Assembly: GCA_038231275.1 (NCBI GenBank)
Contig: JBBRLQ010000009.1
Location: 128,001-192,000 of the forward strand
DNA from: Polyangiales bacterium
GTDB taxonomy: Bacteria > Myxococcota_A > Polyangia > Polyangiales > Polyangiaceae
Direction: 5' to 3'
DNA length: 64,000 bases
The notes beneath the pieces were generated by a model. It searched no databases, was not told the DNA's origin, and was given only the letters and a program-made list of their open reading frames with translations. Below are positions 37,982 through 47,910 of this stretch, one piece after another; within the stretch, counting starts at the first letter, position 1, and each line of letters starts with the position of its first letter. Both the position numbers and the translations under genes were made by a program.

Positions 37982-40001
37982 TTAAGGGGCCGCAGCCGCA
38001 TAGCCGTCCTGCCACTGACTACGGATGACGAACGGCTGAGCGAGCTGGGCCACGTTTCCGAGGAACAGTTCGATGCTCTGGTAGCTCGCCCCGTTGAAGT
38101 CCACCCAAGTGGCCGCCGCGACGGTCGCAGTTGCCAGCGCCCCCGTCGCGTCGAACGCGAGTGTGCCAGCGCCGACGTCGACGTTCGTCCCCGGCGTGCC
38201 ACCCTTGAGGCAGCCACCATCAACGAGCAGGTGATAGTCCCACGCGTCAGGCCCCGTCTTCGCGAAGTAGGCGTCGACCGCGCAGGCTCCGCCGAGAGAG
38301 TCGTAGACCAGCATCGACGTCCGGAAATTCGACGAAGCCTCGGGCGAGGCGGGGTCGAACGGGAGAGCGGGCACGGAAGCGTCCGCGTCGAGGTTTCCGC
38401 CGATGGCCATCACCGAGGTCGGCCGCGGAGGAGAAAACGCGACGTGGGCGTTCTGCGTTACGGAGACTCCGGCGCAGGCGAGGGTCGACGGCGGCGGCGC
38501 GAGCTCCGTCACGCTGCGGAAGCGCAGGGTCAGCGGTTAGAGCGGGGTCGGCGCCAGGGAAGCTCCTCGTGAGAGGGACGAGGATCGCCGTGCTCGACAG
38601 CATGCCGTCACTGTCGAAACGGAGCTCACCGCTACCAAGCGCGACCAATGCGGCCGACGTCGCGCCAAGAACTCCGGAGCCAGCCGCCTCCACGGCGTAG
38701 CTCCACCGGTGGAGGTCCGTCTTGGCGAACGTGATGGCGACCCAAAGCCCGGTGGTGAGTGGATCGTACGCTCGGACGGTCGTGCCCGCCGGAGCGTCCG
38801 CGTCGAGGTTTCCGTCGACGACGATGCCGACGGTGGCGTGCACCGCCCCCGGCACCCCGATCATCGACGGGGACGTGAACTGCGTGACGCCAGCCCGCCC
38901 GGTCCCTCTGAAGGCAATCGGGGCTCCGAAGCTCAGCGCGATGGGCTGATCGGGCAAAGCGTCGACGAACGACACCCGCGTGGCCGTGTCGACCCAGACC
39001 GTGTTGAGCGCCCCCCCGTACGTGAACGTGAGGCTGCCGCTGCCGACCTCCACGTTGGTGCCTGGTGTGCCGCCCACGAGGCGAGCGCCGTCGATCAGCG
39101 CGTGGTAGTCCCAGGCACCGCAGGCCGTCCTCACGAAGTAGATGCCGATGGGTTGTGCGACGCCTTGCGTGTCACGCACCGTGGTCGTCACCCCGGCGTT
39201 CGAGGTGCTGGAAGGATCGCGCGGATCCCATGCGCGGTAGAGCATCCACGACCACGCGTCGAGGTTGCCTGCGATGTCGACGCGCGCGCCCGCGGGCGGT
39301 GAAGGGGCCGGTGACACGTGCTGGTGCGTGATGTGGCCGTCTTGCGCCAATGCGAGCACGACGGAAACGGCGTCCTTCTGGGCCGACGTGTAGGAACCGA
39401 GCCCGAAGTGAACCCCGATCGCCTGGCGCGACGTGGCGCTTCGGAAGCTAATCGCGATCGGCGCGACGTTCGCGACGTTGACGAGCGCACCGGTCGCGTC
39501 GAACGCGAGCGTGCCGCTCCCCACCTCGGCTTGGATGCGCGAAGCTCCGTCTTCGACGTCCGCACCCTCGGTGAGGGCGTGGTAGTCCCACGTGGCGGGA
39601 CCGGTCTTGGCGAAGTAGAAGACGAGCGGGTGGGCGGCGCCGTTCTCGTCCGCGATATCCACAGACACCGAATAGCCGGAGGTCTCCGCCGGTATGTCTG
39701 GATCGAACGGACGGGACGACACGGGTCGACGCGCATCGAGGTTCACCGCCATCGACACCTTCTCCGTGGCCATCGACACGAAAGAGCCGCCGCTGTGTTC
39801 GGGGAGCACGGGCGGAGCGCCGCGCGGAGAAGGCCCGCGCGCAGAGTCGCTCGAGATCGAGGGCCCGCCGGGTGCGCGCCCTCCGTCGTGATCGGGCGGG
39901 GAGGTCACGACTTCGGGCGGCGCGCCGGTGGGAGCGGGGCTGAGGCTGCATCCGGCGAGAAGAGCGGACAGGAGGAGCACTCGAGCAGCGGGGGAAATCA
40001 C
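37982..40001 (-). pseudogene. Lipoprotein with four FlgE D2 (FlaE)-like repeats; +1 frameshift at 38539 (real or sequencing error)
   Basis: Lipobox LLAGC; repeats of NLDA...FDP..P..SN...YDSLG....YFAKT....WDYH...G.GTL.FD..G.L, ending QDGY; removing base 38539 joins the two track ORFs. Confidence 0.8.
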
Positions 40002-40013
40002 GGCGCCATGCTG

Positions 40014-40029
40014 AGCAAGCACCGTGCCC
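40014..40029 (-). promoter_or_regulatory. sigma54 (-24/-12) promoter of the FlaE-repeat gene
   Basis: GGGCACG-GTGC-TTGCT on the minus strand. Confidence 0.7.
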
Positions 40030-40160
40030 TCGCCGCGAGAGCGTACGTCGCCAACTCTTCAAGCCCCGCACCAATGTTGGCGCCAGCCCGCTGACGGCCC
40101 GGTGGCAAGATCGCGTCCGTCAGGCCGCGCCAGCGCGCGCGCAGCTCTGACCGGACCCGG

Positions 40161-40397
40161 TCACTCCACCGCGACCGCTTCCGCCTCCTTGCAGAGCAGC
40201 GTCGCCGCGCTGTAGCTCGGGTTCTCGATGCACTCCTTTCTCCACAAAACCTCGTACCCGTGGGGGCACGCGCTCGCCGCGCCTGCGACGGTGAATGGCT
40301 CGATGTGCACCGGCGCGTACGCCGGGCTGGCGGCCGGTCGGTCGTTGCAGGCGTAGAGCAACGCGAGCGCCGCCAAGACGGCGAATCGGAACGTCAT
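40161..40397 (-). CDS. Small lipoprotein
   Basis: Hydrophobic N-terminus with lipobox LLYAC; three further Cys. Confidence 0.6.
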   Translation of the reverse strand: MTFRFAVLAALALLYACNDRPAASPAYAPVHIEPFTVAGAASACPHGYEVLWRKECIENPSYSAATLLCKEAEAVAVE

Positions 40398-40522
40398 ACC
40401 TGCTAGATGGAGCGCACGCGCGCCGCTGATCTCGACTTCGACCGCCTCCGCGTCCCGAGCCGCCGGAAAACGGACTCCGGTGTCGTCGAGCGAATGGCCG
40501 CCTTAAGATGTATCCTGCCCTC

Positions 40523-41065
40523 GTGCTGAGCCTCCGTCACACCTGCCGAACGTCGCGCGTGCTCGCCCACGCATTCGTCCTCGCCTGCGCCGCGTGGGCG
40601 TGCACGGCGTGCGCGAAGAAGCCCACGATGCACCTGAACCACGCCGAGATCAGCGGCTTTCAGGTGGCGACGTTCCCGCCGAGCGTCGTCATGACCGTGG
40701 TCGTCGACGTGTTCAACCCCAACGGCTACGACGTCGCCATTCGCGCGATGCGCGGCCAGGTCATCATGGCGGACAAATACACGATCCCCCTGGATTACCG
40801 GCCCCCCGGCGACGGCCTCTGGCTCCCCGCCGGCAGGACGACGCAAGTAAGCACGCCCGTCGCGATCCCGGTGAACCTCGCCATCGCGCTCGTGGGCGAG
40901 GCCTTCGCGTCGCCGACGATCTCGTATCGCCTCGTCGGCAAGGCCGACGTCACCGGCACGCGCTCATTCCAGATCGAGAAGGACGACTACGCGCTCGACG
41001 AGCCGGGCACCGTCACGCGCGAGCAAATCCAGGCGATCATCCCGAACACGCTGCGCCCCTACTGA
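40523..41065 (+). CDS. LEA_2/WHy domain lipoprotein
   Basis: Signal ending TAC; VDVFNPNGYD...G.V motif. Confidence 0.75.
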   Translation: MLSLRHTCRTSRVLAHAFVLACAAWACTACAKKPTMHLNHAEISGFQVATFPPSVVMTVVVDVFNPNGYDVAIRAMRGQVIMADKYTIPLDYRPPGDGLWLPAGRTTQVSTPVAIPVNLAIALVGEAFASPTISYRLVGKADVTGTRSFQIEKDDYALDEPGTVTREQIQAIIPNTLRPY

Positions 41066-41089
41066 CTCGCCTAGCTGCGCCGTGCGCGC

Positions 41090-42364
41090 TCAGGCGGTCG
41101 GCCTCTCCGCTCGGAGGAAGTAGGTCTCCATGGTGCCCTTCCCCTTCACGGCCACCTCTCCACGCGCCGTGAGCTCGAAGCGGTCGCCGAGGCGTTCGCG
41201 GACCTCGCGGGTGACCTGAATTTCCTGCGGGACGCCGCTCGACTCCATGCGGCTCGCGGTGTTCACCGTGTCGCCCCAGAGATCGTAGATGAACTTCCGC
41301 TTGCCGATGACGCCGGCGACCACGGGACCGCAATGGACGCCGATCCGAAGCTTCAACGTGTACCCGCGCGCCTGGTCGAGGGCCTCGATGGCCGCGCGCA
41401 TGCCGAGCGCCATTCGCGCGATCGCCGCGACGTGATCCTCCTTCGGCTCCGGCAGACCCGCGGCCACCATGTAACAGTCACCGATGGTCTTGATCTTCTC
41501 GAGCCCGAGCTCCTCCGCGAGGCCGTCGAAGGCGGAGAAGATCTCGTCGAGCACTTTGACGAGCTCATCAGGCGTGAGCGTCTGGCTCAGCTCGGTGAAG
41601 CCGACGAGATCGGCGAAGAGGACCGTGACGTCGGGAAACGCGTCGGCGATCGTACCGTGATGGTCCTTGAGGCGCGCGGAGATCGCCGCCGGCAAGACGT
41701 TGAGCAGCAGACGCTCCGACCGCTCGTGCTCGACCGCGAGCTTGGCCTCCGCGCGCGACGTGTTCAGCGACGAGTTGTGCGCGACGAAGAGGAGCGTGCC
41801 GAATACCGCCAGCTGCGAGCCGATCTCGATGGTGGTGCTGACTTCGTCGCTCAGCCGGATCGTGAGCGACGGTGGGACGGCGACGACACGCGCGACGACC
41901 GCGCACGCGATGCTGAGCGCCGCCAAGCTCCACTTGGAGCGAGAGTCGGCGTCGAACAAGAGGAAGCCTGCCGTCCCCGCGACGAAGAAGTAGTAGTGAA
42001 AGCCGCAGTCGACCATGACCGCGGAGGCGACGAGGGCGACGAGGTTGACCGCGACGATCAGCGTGGCGCGCGCGGTGCGCTGGTGGCCGCTCCGCGCGAC
42101 GAACGGAACGGCCATCACGAAGGGGAGCGCGACGAGGTTCACGATCGCGAGGCCGCGAAAGCGCTCGCCCCCGGCGAGGAAGGCCGCCGCGAAGCCCGCG
42201 AAGCTTAGCACCGCCATCGCCGCGCTCTGGTTCGTCAGGCGGCGGCGGCGCCCCTCCGCGGACGCCGTGTCCCCGATGCCAAACGACGAAATCCGCTCCC
42301 ACGCCGACACGTGTGCTCTACGACCATCTGCACGCTCCTGGATCCGAGGTGATTCGTGTCTCAT
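41090..42364 (-). CDS. Membrane class III adenylate/guanylate cyclase
   Basis: Multiple TMs; SERLLLNVLP, LFADLVGFT, KIKTIGDCYM, YDLWGDTVNTASRMES, VKGKG; ATGA overlap at 42364 (alternative GTG 42310). Confidence 0.92.
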   Translation of the reverse strand: MRHESPRIQERADGRRAHVSAWERISSFGIGDTASAEGRRRRLTNQSAAMAVLSFAGFAAAFLAGGERFRGLAIVNLVALPFVMAVPFVARSGHQRTARATLIVAVNLVALVASAVMVDCGFHYYFFVAGTAGFLLFDADSRSKWSLAALSIACAVVARVVAVPPSLTIRLSDEVSTTIEIGSQLAVFGTLLFVAHNSSLNTSRAEAKLAVEHERSERLLLNVLPAAISARLKDHHGTIADAFPDVTVLFADLVGFTELSQTLTPDELVKVLDEIFSAFDGLAEELGLEKIKTIGDCYMVAAGLPEPKEDHVAAIARMALGMRAAIEALDQARGYTLKLRIGVHCGPVVAGVIGKRKFIYDLWGDTVNTASRMESSGVPQEIQVTREVRERLGDRFELTARGEVAVKGKGTMETYFLRAERPTA

Positions 42365-43398
42365 GGAAGCTTGGTCCGCGCGCACCGGAAGCCGATCTGG
42401 GTCGAGCTTCGTGTTCCCAGGCGTGAGTCTGCCGAGCGGTTTTCGATGTCGAGCGGCCGGCCGACGAAGCCGCCGCCGCGCACTGGCACGGAGCTCGTGG
42501 TCCGGGGGTCGCCGGCGTAGTCGTCGGGCAGCGTCGACGGCGGGGTGCCGACGCGCGGCGTCCCCCACGCCCACTCCCTCAGCCCGCCCGTGAGATCATG
42601 GACAGCGTCCCTCGAGACGTCGCCGGGCGCCGCGGGGAAGGGCTTGGGGAAGCCGCAGCTGTTGCTGTCGGTGAGGCCCACGCCAACGATCGCGTCGGCG
42701 CACGTGGAAGGCGGCGTGTCGCCCGACGAGTACTTGCGGTGCTGCCCGCGTCCGGACGCGAGCCAGTACCACTCGACCTCGGTGAGCAGGCGCATCTTGC
42801 GGAATGCGCAGATCGCGGCGGCCTGCGCGAACGTGACGCAATTAATCGGAAGGGTCGCGTCGCCGACGAGGTAGGTCGGTGCGTCGCCTGCCTCTTGCGC
42901 GAGCGTGGAGCTCCGCTCGCATTTCGGCGTGTCACGGTACTCGGCCGTCGCGACGGACGGATCGTCGGCCGGATACCACCGCATGATGTTCGCGTACGGG
43001 CCGCCAGGGTCGAGGGTGCACGTCTGGCCCGGGCACGGGCTCGGCGCGGACGCGTCGAGCCACGCGCGAAACTGGCCGACTGTCACTTCGTGAACGTCGA
43101 CGAAGAGATCGTGGGAGAGGCGCGTCGCGGAGATCGTCGCGTCGACGTCGTCCCAGACCATCGTGACGGGGCCGGCGGTGGGAACGAAGATCGTGTCGGC
43201 CGGGCCTCCTGTTTCGGGACCGTCTGCGTCGCGCGCACCGTCGCCCTCGCCCGCCTCGTGGCTCGCGGCGTCGGAGTCGTCGTTCGCGGCGTCGGAAGCG
43301 CCTCCGTCGACGGCGCCGCCGGGGCGGGCGCCGAAGTCCTGAACGACGAAGCATCCGCACGCGACCGCCCCGAGGCCGAGCCATTCGAGTCGGATCAT
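42361..43398 (-). CDS. FGE-sulfatase (SUMF1-like) domain lipoprotein
   Basis: ACGC signal, HEVTVGQF, PINCVT...A, EVEW, DLTGGLREW, IGFRCAR. Confidence 0.8.
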   Translation of the reverse strand: MIRLEWLGLGAVACGCFVVQDFGARPGGAVDGGASDAANDDSDAASHEAGEGDGARDADGPETGGPADTIFVPTAGPVTMVWDDVDATISATRLSHDLFVDVHEVTVGQFRAWLDASAPSPCPGQTCTLDPGGPYANIMRWYPADDPSVATAEYRDTPKCERSSTLAQEAGDAPTYLVGDATLPINCVTFAQAAAICAFRKMRLLTEVEWYWLASGRGQHRKYSSGDTPPSTCADAIVGVGLTDSNSCGFPKPFPAAPGDVSRDAVHDLTGGLREWAWGTPRVGTPPSTLPDDYAGDPRTTSSVPVRGGGFVGRPLDIENRSADSRLGTRSSTQIGFRCARTKLP

Positions 43399-44177
43399 CG
43401 TGGCCCCATCGCCGCGTCGATCTGCGGTAAAAACAGGCTCTCCGGAAACCGCGCGCGGAACGAGCGTTCGTGGCGGGCGGCCTCGTCGCGCCGCCCGAGC
43501 GAGGCGAGCGCGAGGATGCGAAGCGCGTCCCTCTCTTCACTCAGCTGGCCACGCGGGAACGCGGCGGCGTGTCGCTGCACGGCGTCGAGCGCAGCGGCAG
43601 GATTTCCGTGCGCGATCCCGCTCCGCGCCGCGTCGATCAGCGCACGCTCGCGCGCAAGATCGCTCTTGCGGTCGCCGCTCGCCGCGGGGAGGGGGGCGGC
43701 GGAGGATGCGGTCACACTAGGCGCGGGGGCGGTCGGCGCCGCCACGGCGGACGGATCCTCCTTGGGGGCAGCGGTCGGCACCTGAGGAGGCGCGGTCGTC
43801 GCGGTGGTCGCCGTGGCAGAGATCGGAGGCGGCGTCGTCGCGCGCGGCACTCGGCGATCGACGACGGCGCCGGTCACCGCGCCGACCGCGAACGTCGCCG
43901 CGAGGAGCGCCGCGAGCTTGCCCGCCGCGAGGGTGACCGGCTTGGCCAGCGCGGATGGCGCCGCGCCCTCCGGCGAGAGGCCGCCCGTCCCGCCTCCTGG
44001 CTCCTGGCCTCCTGGCTCATGGCCGAGGGCCACGGGTGTCTCCATCAGTCCGGGCGCTGCTGCCTCGAGGCGCGAACGCACGCGCTCGCGGAGAGCTGAG
44101 GTCCCCGCGTCGGAAGTGTGGCGCTCCTCGGCAAGCAGCGCGCGCGCGAGGTCGGAGATGGGCGGAAGATCGCTCAC
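43395..44177 (-). CDS. Putative anti-sigma membrane protein with C-terminal TPR-like domain
   Basis: TM, Pro/Ala linker, LARERALIDAAR...H...FPRGQL.EER; overlaps the ECF gene. Confidence 0.65.
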   Translation of the reverse strand: MSDLPPISDLARALLAEERHTSDAGTSALRERVRSRLEAAAPGLMETPVALGHEPGGQEPGGGTGGLSPEGAAPSALAKPVTLAAGKLAALLAATFAVGAVTGAVVDRRVPRATTPPPISATATTATTAPPQVPTAAPKEDPSAVAAPTAPAPSVTASSAAPLPAASGDRKSDLARERALIDAARSGIAHGNPAAALDAVQRHAAAFPRGQLSEERDALRILALASLGRRDEAARHERSFRARFPESLFLPQIDAAMGPR

Positions 44178-44689
44178 CGGGCCATCCCTTCTTGCGAGAG
44201 GCGAGCGGCTGCGGTCTCGAACTCTTGCCGCGCCACGCGAAGCCGTGAATACACCGTGTTGATCGCGACCGACAGGACCTCCGAGATCTCTTTGGCGCCG
44301 AAGCCCTCCAGGTCGTGCATGACGAAGACCTCCCTCCGGTCTGGATCCATTCGTTCGAGGGCGCGCAGCGCCAAGGTCTTCGCTTGCGTCGTGCTGGCGC
44401 GTTGCTCAGGGGTGTCTGTGTGCGGAACCTTCGTGTCGATATCGTCGATCGGCTCTGCCCTCCGCTTGCGCCGATGGTTCGCCGCGACGCGGAGCGCGAA
44501 GCCGAAGATCCACGGTCGCAGCGGGCGCCGAGGATCGTACGCGTCGAGCTTGGAGTGGATGGCCAGAAACGTCTCCTGCGCGGCGTCCTCCAAGTCGCGG
44601 TCGGGGACGCCGAGCCGCCGATGCGCGCGGCAGACATACTCGAACTCCGACTCGAAGATCGTCCGCATCGTGCTCGTCGCGCCGCTCAC
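44174..44689 (-). CDS. ECF RNA polymerase sigma factor
   Basis: DLEDAAQETFL, LRPWIFG, REVFVMHDLEG, NTVYSRLRVAR; GTGA overlap at 44689. Confidence 0.9.
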   Translation of the reverse strand: MSGATSTMRTIFESEFEYVCRAHRRLGVPDRDLEDAAQETFLAIHSKLDAYDPRRPLRPWIFGFALRVAANHRRKRRAEPIDDIDTKVPHTDTPEQRASTTQAKTLALRALERMDPDRREVFVMHDLEGFGAKEISEVLSVAINTVYSRLRVARQEFETAAARLSQEGMAR

Positions 44690-45678
44690 GGGCGGAGCTC
44701 CACCGCGATCCCGAGCCCGACGGCGATGGGCGGGGCCGTCCAGACGTCCGCGCCGTCGGCGTGGAAGCGCGTGCGGACCACGTTCGCGAGCACGTCGACC
44801 GCCGGAGTGACGCACAGGCGAGGCGACGCGCAAAACGGAACCCCGACGCGCGCACCTGCCCACGCGGCCACGGTCACACGGTCGGAGGCGAGCCCTTCGA
44901 TTTCGCCTCGCGCCACACCGAGCGATCCGACCAGACACCCGAGGAGCCATGGCCTGCGATGACACGCGACCGCGCTGCCGGCGGCGAATAACGCGCGGGC
45001 CCGCTCGGGCGGCGTGGACACGAAGCCGGCGGTGGACTCGACCATCGCCTCGAGGCCAAGCGCCCACGCTCCGCTCCACGCGAACGCTCCGACCCGTGCG
45101 CCCAGCGTGACGTCGGGCCCGCGGCCGATCGTCGCTTGAGGCGCGATCTCGAGCGAAGGCTCGAACCGCCGGGACGACGTCGCCGCCGGGTCCTTGGTCT
45201 CCGAACGAGGCGGTGCGAGCGGCTGCGGCGGAGGCGGCGAAGCCGGTGGAGGCGGCGGTGCCGGGGAGGGCTCGGGCGCTGGAGGCGCGGTCGCCCCGGT
45301 CCCCAGCGGGTCCAAGATCATGCTCACCGCGATCGCCACTGAGTCGCCGAGCTCACCACATTCGCTTCGGCTCGCTTCGAGCTCGCGCCGACCGAGGACC
45401 GACTCACCGCGCAGCACGACTTCGGCGCGCACTCTCTTCTTGTCGTCGTGCAGCGTGACCACGAGGGTGCGCGCCGCGCCCGGTACGAACGGATCGAAGC
45501 CGAGCCTGCCGACCACGTGGTCTCGAAAGTCGCGCTCGGTCGGGCACGTGGGCTCGGTCGCCTGGTTGCGGTACTCGAGCGATACGGCAGGTCGCGCAGG
45601 CGCCGGGGCTTCGGCGGCCGCAAGCGCCGCGTGCAGGACGAGCGCCGGTCCAAGTCCGATCGCTGCACCACGCCGCAC
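44686..45678 (-). CDS. Exported ECF-associated protein with a beta-strand-rich C-terminus
   Basis: Signal peptide, CP....F...V..RLG.DPF, Pro linker, amphipathic strands. Confidence 0.6.
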   Translation of the reverse strand: MRRGAAIGLGPALVLHAALAAAEAPAPARPAVSLEYRNQATEPTCPTERDFRDHVVGRLGFDPFVPGAARTLVVTLHDDKKRVRAEVVLRGESVLGRRELEASRSECGELGDSVAIAVSMILDPLGTGATAPPAPEPSPAPPPPPASPPPPQPLAPPRSETKDPAATSSRRFEPSLEIAPQATIGRGPDVTLGARVGAFAWSGAWALGLEAMVESTAGFVSTPPERARALFAAGSAVACHRRPWLLGCLVGSLGVARGEIEGLASDRVTVAAWAGARVGVPFCASPRLCVTPAVDVLANVVRTRFHADGADVWTAPPIAVGLGIAVELRP

Positions 45679-45715
45679 CGACGGAGCGTACCACCTCGCC
45701 GTTCGTTCCTGGCGC

Positions 45716-46639
45716 TCACCGGCAACGGCCTCGGCTCGGCATGATCATCGTCCCCGATGGGCCCTCTGCGCCGCGAACCACCGGCAGCTCCGCGGTCGCT
45801 TCGAAGGCACTCGGGTCGCGATGCGCCGTGCGGTCCCACGACCATGGGATGGAGGAGCGCACCTCCTTCAGGCCGGACAGAACCGCGCCGCCATCCGCCG
45901 GGCGCTCCGCCGGATCGGGCGACAGCATTCGCGCGACGAGATCGTCGAGGAGCGCCGGGATGTCCGCGCGCAGCTCGCTCGGACGTCGCTCGCGAACCGG
46001 CTCCCACGGCGCGGCGCCCGACGGGGGCTCCCCGGTCAAGCAGTGGAAGAGGACCGCGCCGAGCGAGTACACGTCCGAGCGCGCGTCGGCGCGCTTCGCG
46101 TCCACGCGCTGCTCGGGGGGCATGTACTCCATCGTTCCCATGAACGTGCCGGTGGCGGTGAGCTCTGCGGAGTCGCGGAGCGGCCGCGCGAGGCCGAAGT
46201 CGAGCAGCTTGACCCGAGCGACGTCGCCGTCCGGGAGGATCAGGTTCATGGGCTTCAGATCACGATGCACGAACCTCCGCACGTGGGCCCAGGCCATGGC
46301 GTCCGCCACCGGCAGGGCGAGGCGGAGCACTTCGTCCAAGGACAGACGAACGGATCCGAGGCGGTGTTCGAGATCCTCCCCGTCGAGCCACTCCATGGCG
46401 AGCCACAACTTCCCCGTGCGACTCCGTCCGTGGCCCCGGTAGCGGACGATGTGCGGGTGATCCATCGCCGCGAGCACCGTCGCTTCCTGCCGGAAGCGCT
46501 CGTGCAGGCTCGGCGACGGGATCTTCAGCGCGACGGGCGAGGCGGTGACCCGATCCCAGGCTTTGTAGACGATGCCCATGGCCCCTCGTCCCGCCACACG
46601 CAAAATTTCGAAGCGCGCGTCGACTTTCGGCGTGGACAT
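45716..46639 (-). CDS. Cytoplasmic Ser/Thr protein kinase
   Basis: GRGAMGIVY, VALK, HRDLKPMN, DFG, YMPPE. Confidence 0.92.
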   Translation of the reverse strand: MSTPKVDARFEILRVAGRGAMGIVYKAWDRVTASPVALKIPSPSLHERFRQEATVLAAMDHPHIVRYRGHGRSRTGKLWLAMEWLDGEDLEHRLGSVRLSLDEVLRLALPVADAMAWAHVRRFVHRDLKPMNLILPDGDVARVKLLDFGLARPLRDSAELTATGTFMGTMEYMPPEQRVDAKRADARSDVYSLGAVLFHCLTGEPPSGAAPWEPVRERRPSELRADIPALLDDLVARMLSPDPAERPADGGAVLSGLKEVRSSIPWSWDRTAHRDPSAFEATAELPVVRGAEGPSGTMIMPSRGRCR

Positions 46640-46800
46640 CCACCGACCCTCAGCGGGAGCTGCGTCGTATGCGCGAACCGACGGCATCGTGCACGACGAG
46701 GACCTCATGGTCAGCACTTGTCGCCAGGGCGGACTTCCGTCGAAAATAAATGGGATCGAGAAGGACGACCACGGGAAGGCGGGCCGGGTACGGTGGTCGG

Positions 46801-47910
46801 ATGCGCGTCACCGAAACGCTCGGTCCGGCCTGGGACCACATGCGGCGCCTCCTGTTCGGCCCCTTCACCATCGGGACGTGGTTCTCGTTCGGCTTCATCT
46901 TCTTCCTGCAGAGCTGCACGGAGGGGAGCGGCAGCAGCAACTTCCGCGTGCCGGACATGAGCGGGTGGGGTGGCGGCGGCGGCGGAGGTGGTGGCGGCGG
47001 AGGCGGTGGCGGCGGTGGCGGCGGCGGCGTTCCGGGAGGCGGAGGCACCGGCGATCACATCGCGGGCCTCGCGCCGTGGCCGTTCTCCGGTCTCCCTGAT
47101 CTCGACACCGGGCTCCTCATCGGGCTCGGCATCGGCTTCGCCTTCGCGATGGTGGCCCTCGCGGTCGTCGCGCTCTGGCTCGGCACGCGCGGGCAGATGA
47201 TGGCGATCCGGAGCGTCGCGAGCGGCAACGCCGGGATCGGCGAGACGTGGTCGGCCACCGGGGCGCCCGGGATCGCGCTCTTCAAGTTCCACCTCGCGCT
47301 GATCGGCATCGGCGTGCTCGTCTTCCTTCCGCTCGCCGGCGGCGGCGCGCTCGTCCTGGTCCCGGTCTTTCGCGGCGTGTCGCGCATCGAGGACACGTGG
47401 CCGGCGCTCCTTGCATTGGGTGCGCTCGTCTTCGTCGCGGCGATTCCGTTCTTGCTCGTCGGCGCCCTGACGAGGAACTTCGTCGCGCCGGTCATGCTGA
47501 AGGAGGGCGTCGGCGCGCGCGACGCGTGGAAGCGCTTCTGGGCCGTCGGCAAGGAGCACGTCGGGAAGATCATCCTCTACTTCATCCTCCGCTTCTTCTT
47601 CGCGATCGGCGTTGCGATCGTCGGGACGATCGCGGGGTTCGTCACGTGCTGCATCGGCTTTTTGCCCGTGCTGCACCAGACGCTGATGGCGCCTTGGTAC
47701 GTGTTCGAGCGCGCGTGGGCGCTGGAGGTGCTCGCCTCGCTCGGCCCGGAGTTCGACCTGATCCTGCGCGCTCCGGAGCCGCCGCCGTGGGGAGGCCAGG
47801 GGGGGCAGGGAGGGTACGGGCAGCCCGCCTATCCAGGTGGCTACGGCCCGCCGCAACCGCCTCCGCCTCCGCTCCCTCCCTATGGCGGCGGCTACGGCCC
47901 GCCGCCGTAG
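46801..47910 (+). CDS. Multi-pass membrane protein with poly-Gly loop and Gly/Pro/Tyr-rich tail
   Basis: Five to six hydrophobic segments, TCCIG motif, GGYGPPP C-terminus. Confidence 0.75.
   Translation: MRVTETLGPAWDHMRRLLFGPFTIGTWFSFGFIFFLQSCTEGSGSSNFRVPDMSGWGGGGGGGGGGGGGGGGGGGGVPGGGGTGDHIAGLAPWPFSGLPDLDTGLLIGLGIGFAFAMVALAVVALWLGTRGQMMAIRSVASGNAGIGETWSATGAPGIALFKFHLALIGIGVLVFLPLAGGGALVLVPVFRGVSRIEDTWPALLALGALVFVAAIPFLLVGALTRNFVAPVMLKEGVGARDAWKRFWAVGKEHVGKIILYFILRFFFAIGVAIVGTIAGFVTCCIGFLPVLHQTLMAPWYVFERAWALEVLASLGPEFDLILRAPEPPPWGGQGGQGGYGQPAYPGGYGPPQPPPPPLPPYGGGYGPPP

Noticed and set aside
37982..40001. Calling this gene flgE or part of a flagellar operon
   Set aside because: Has a lipobox, lacks the terminal D0/D1 hook segments, and has no flagellar neighbours
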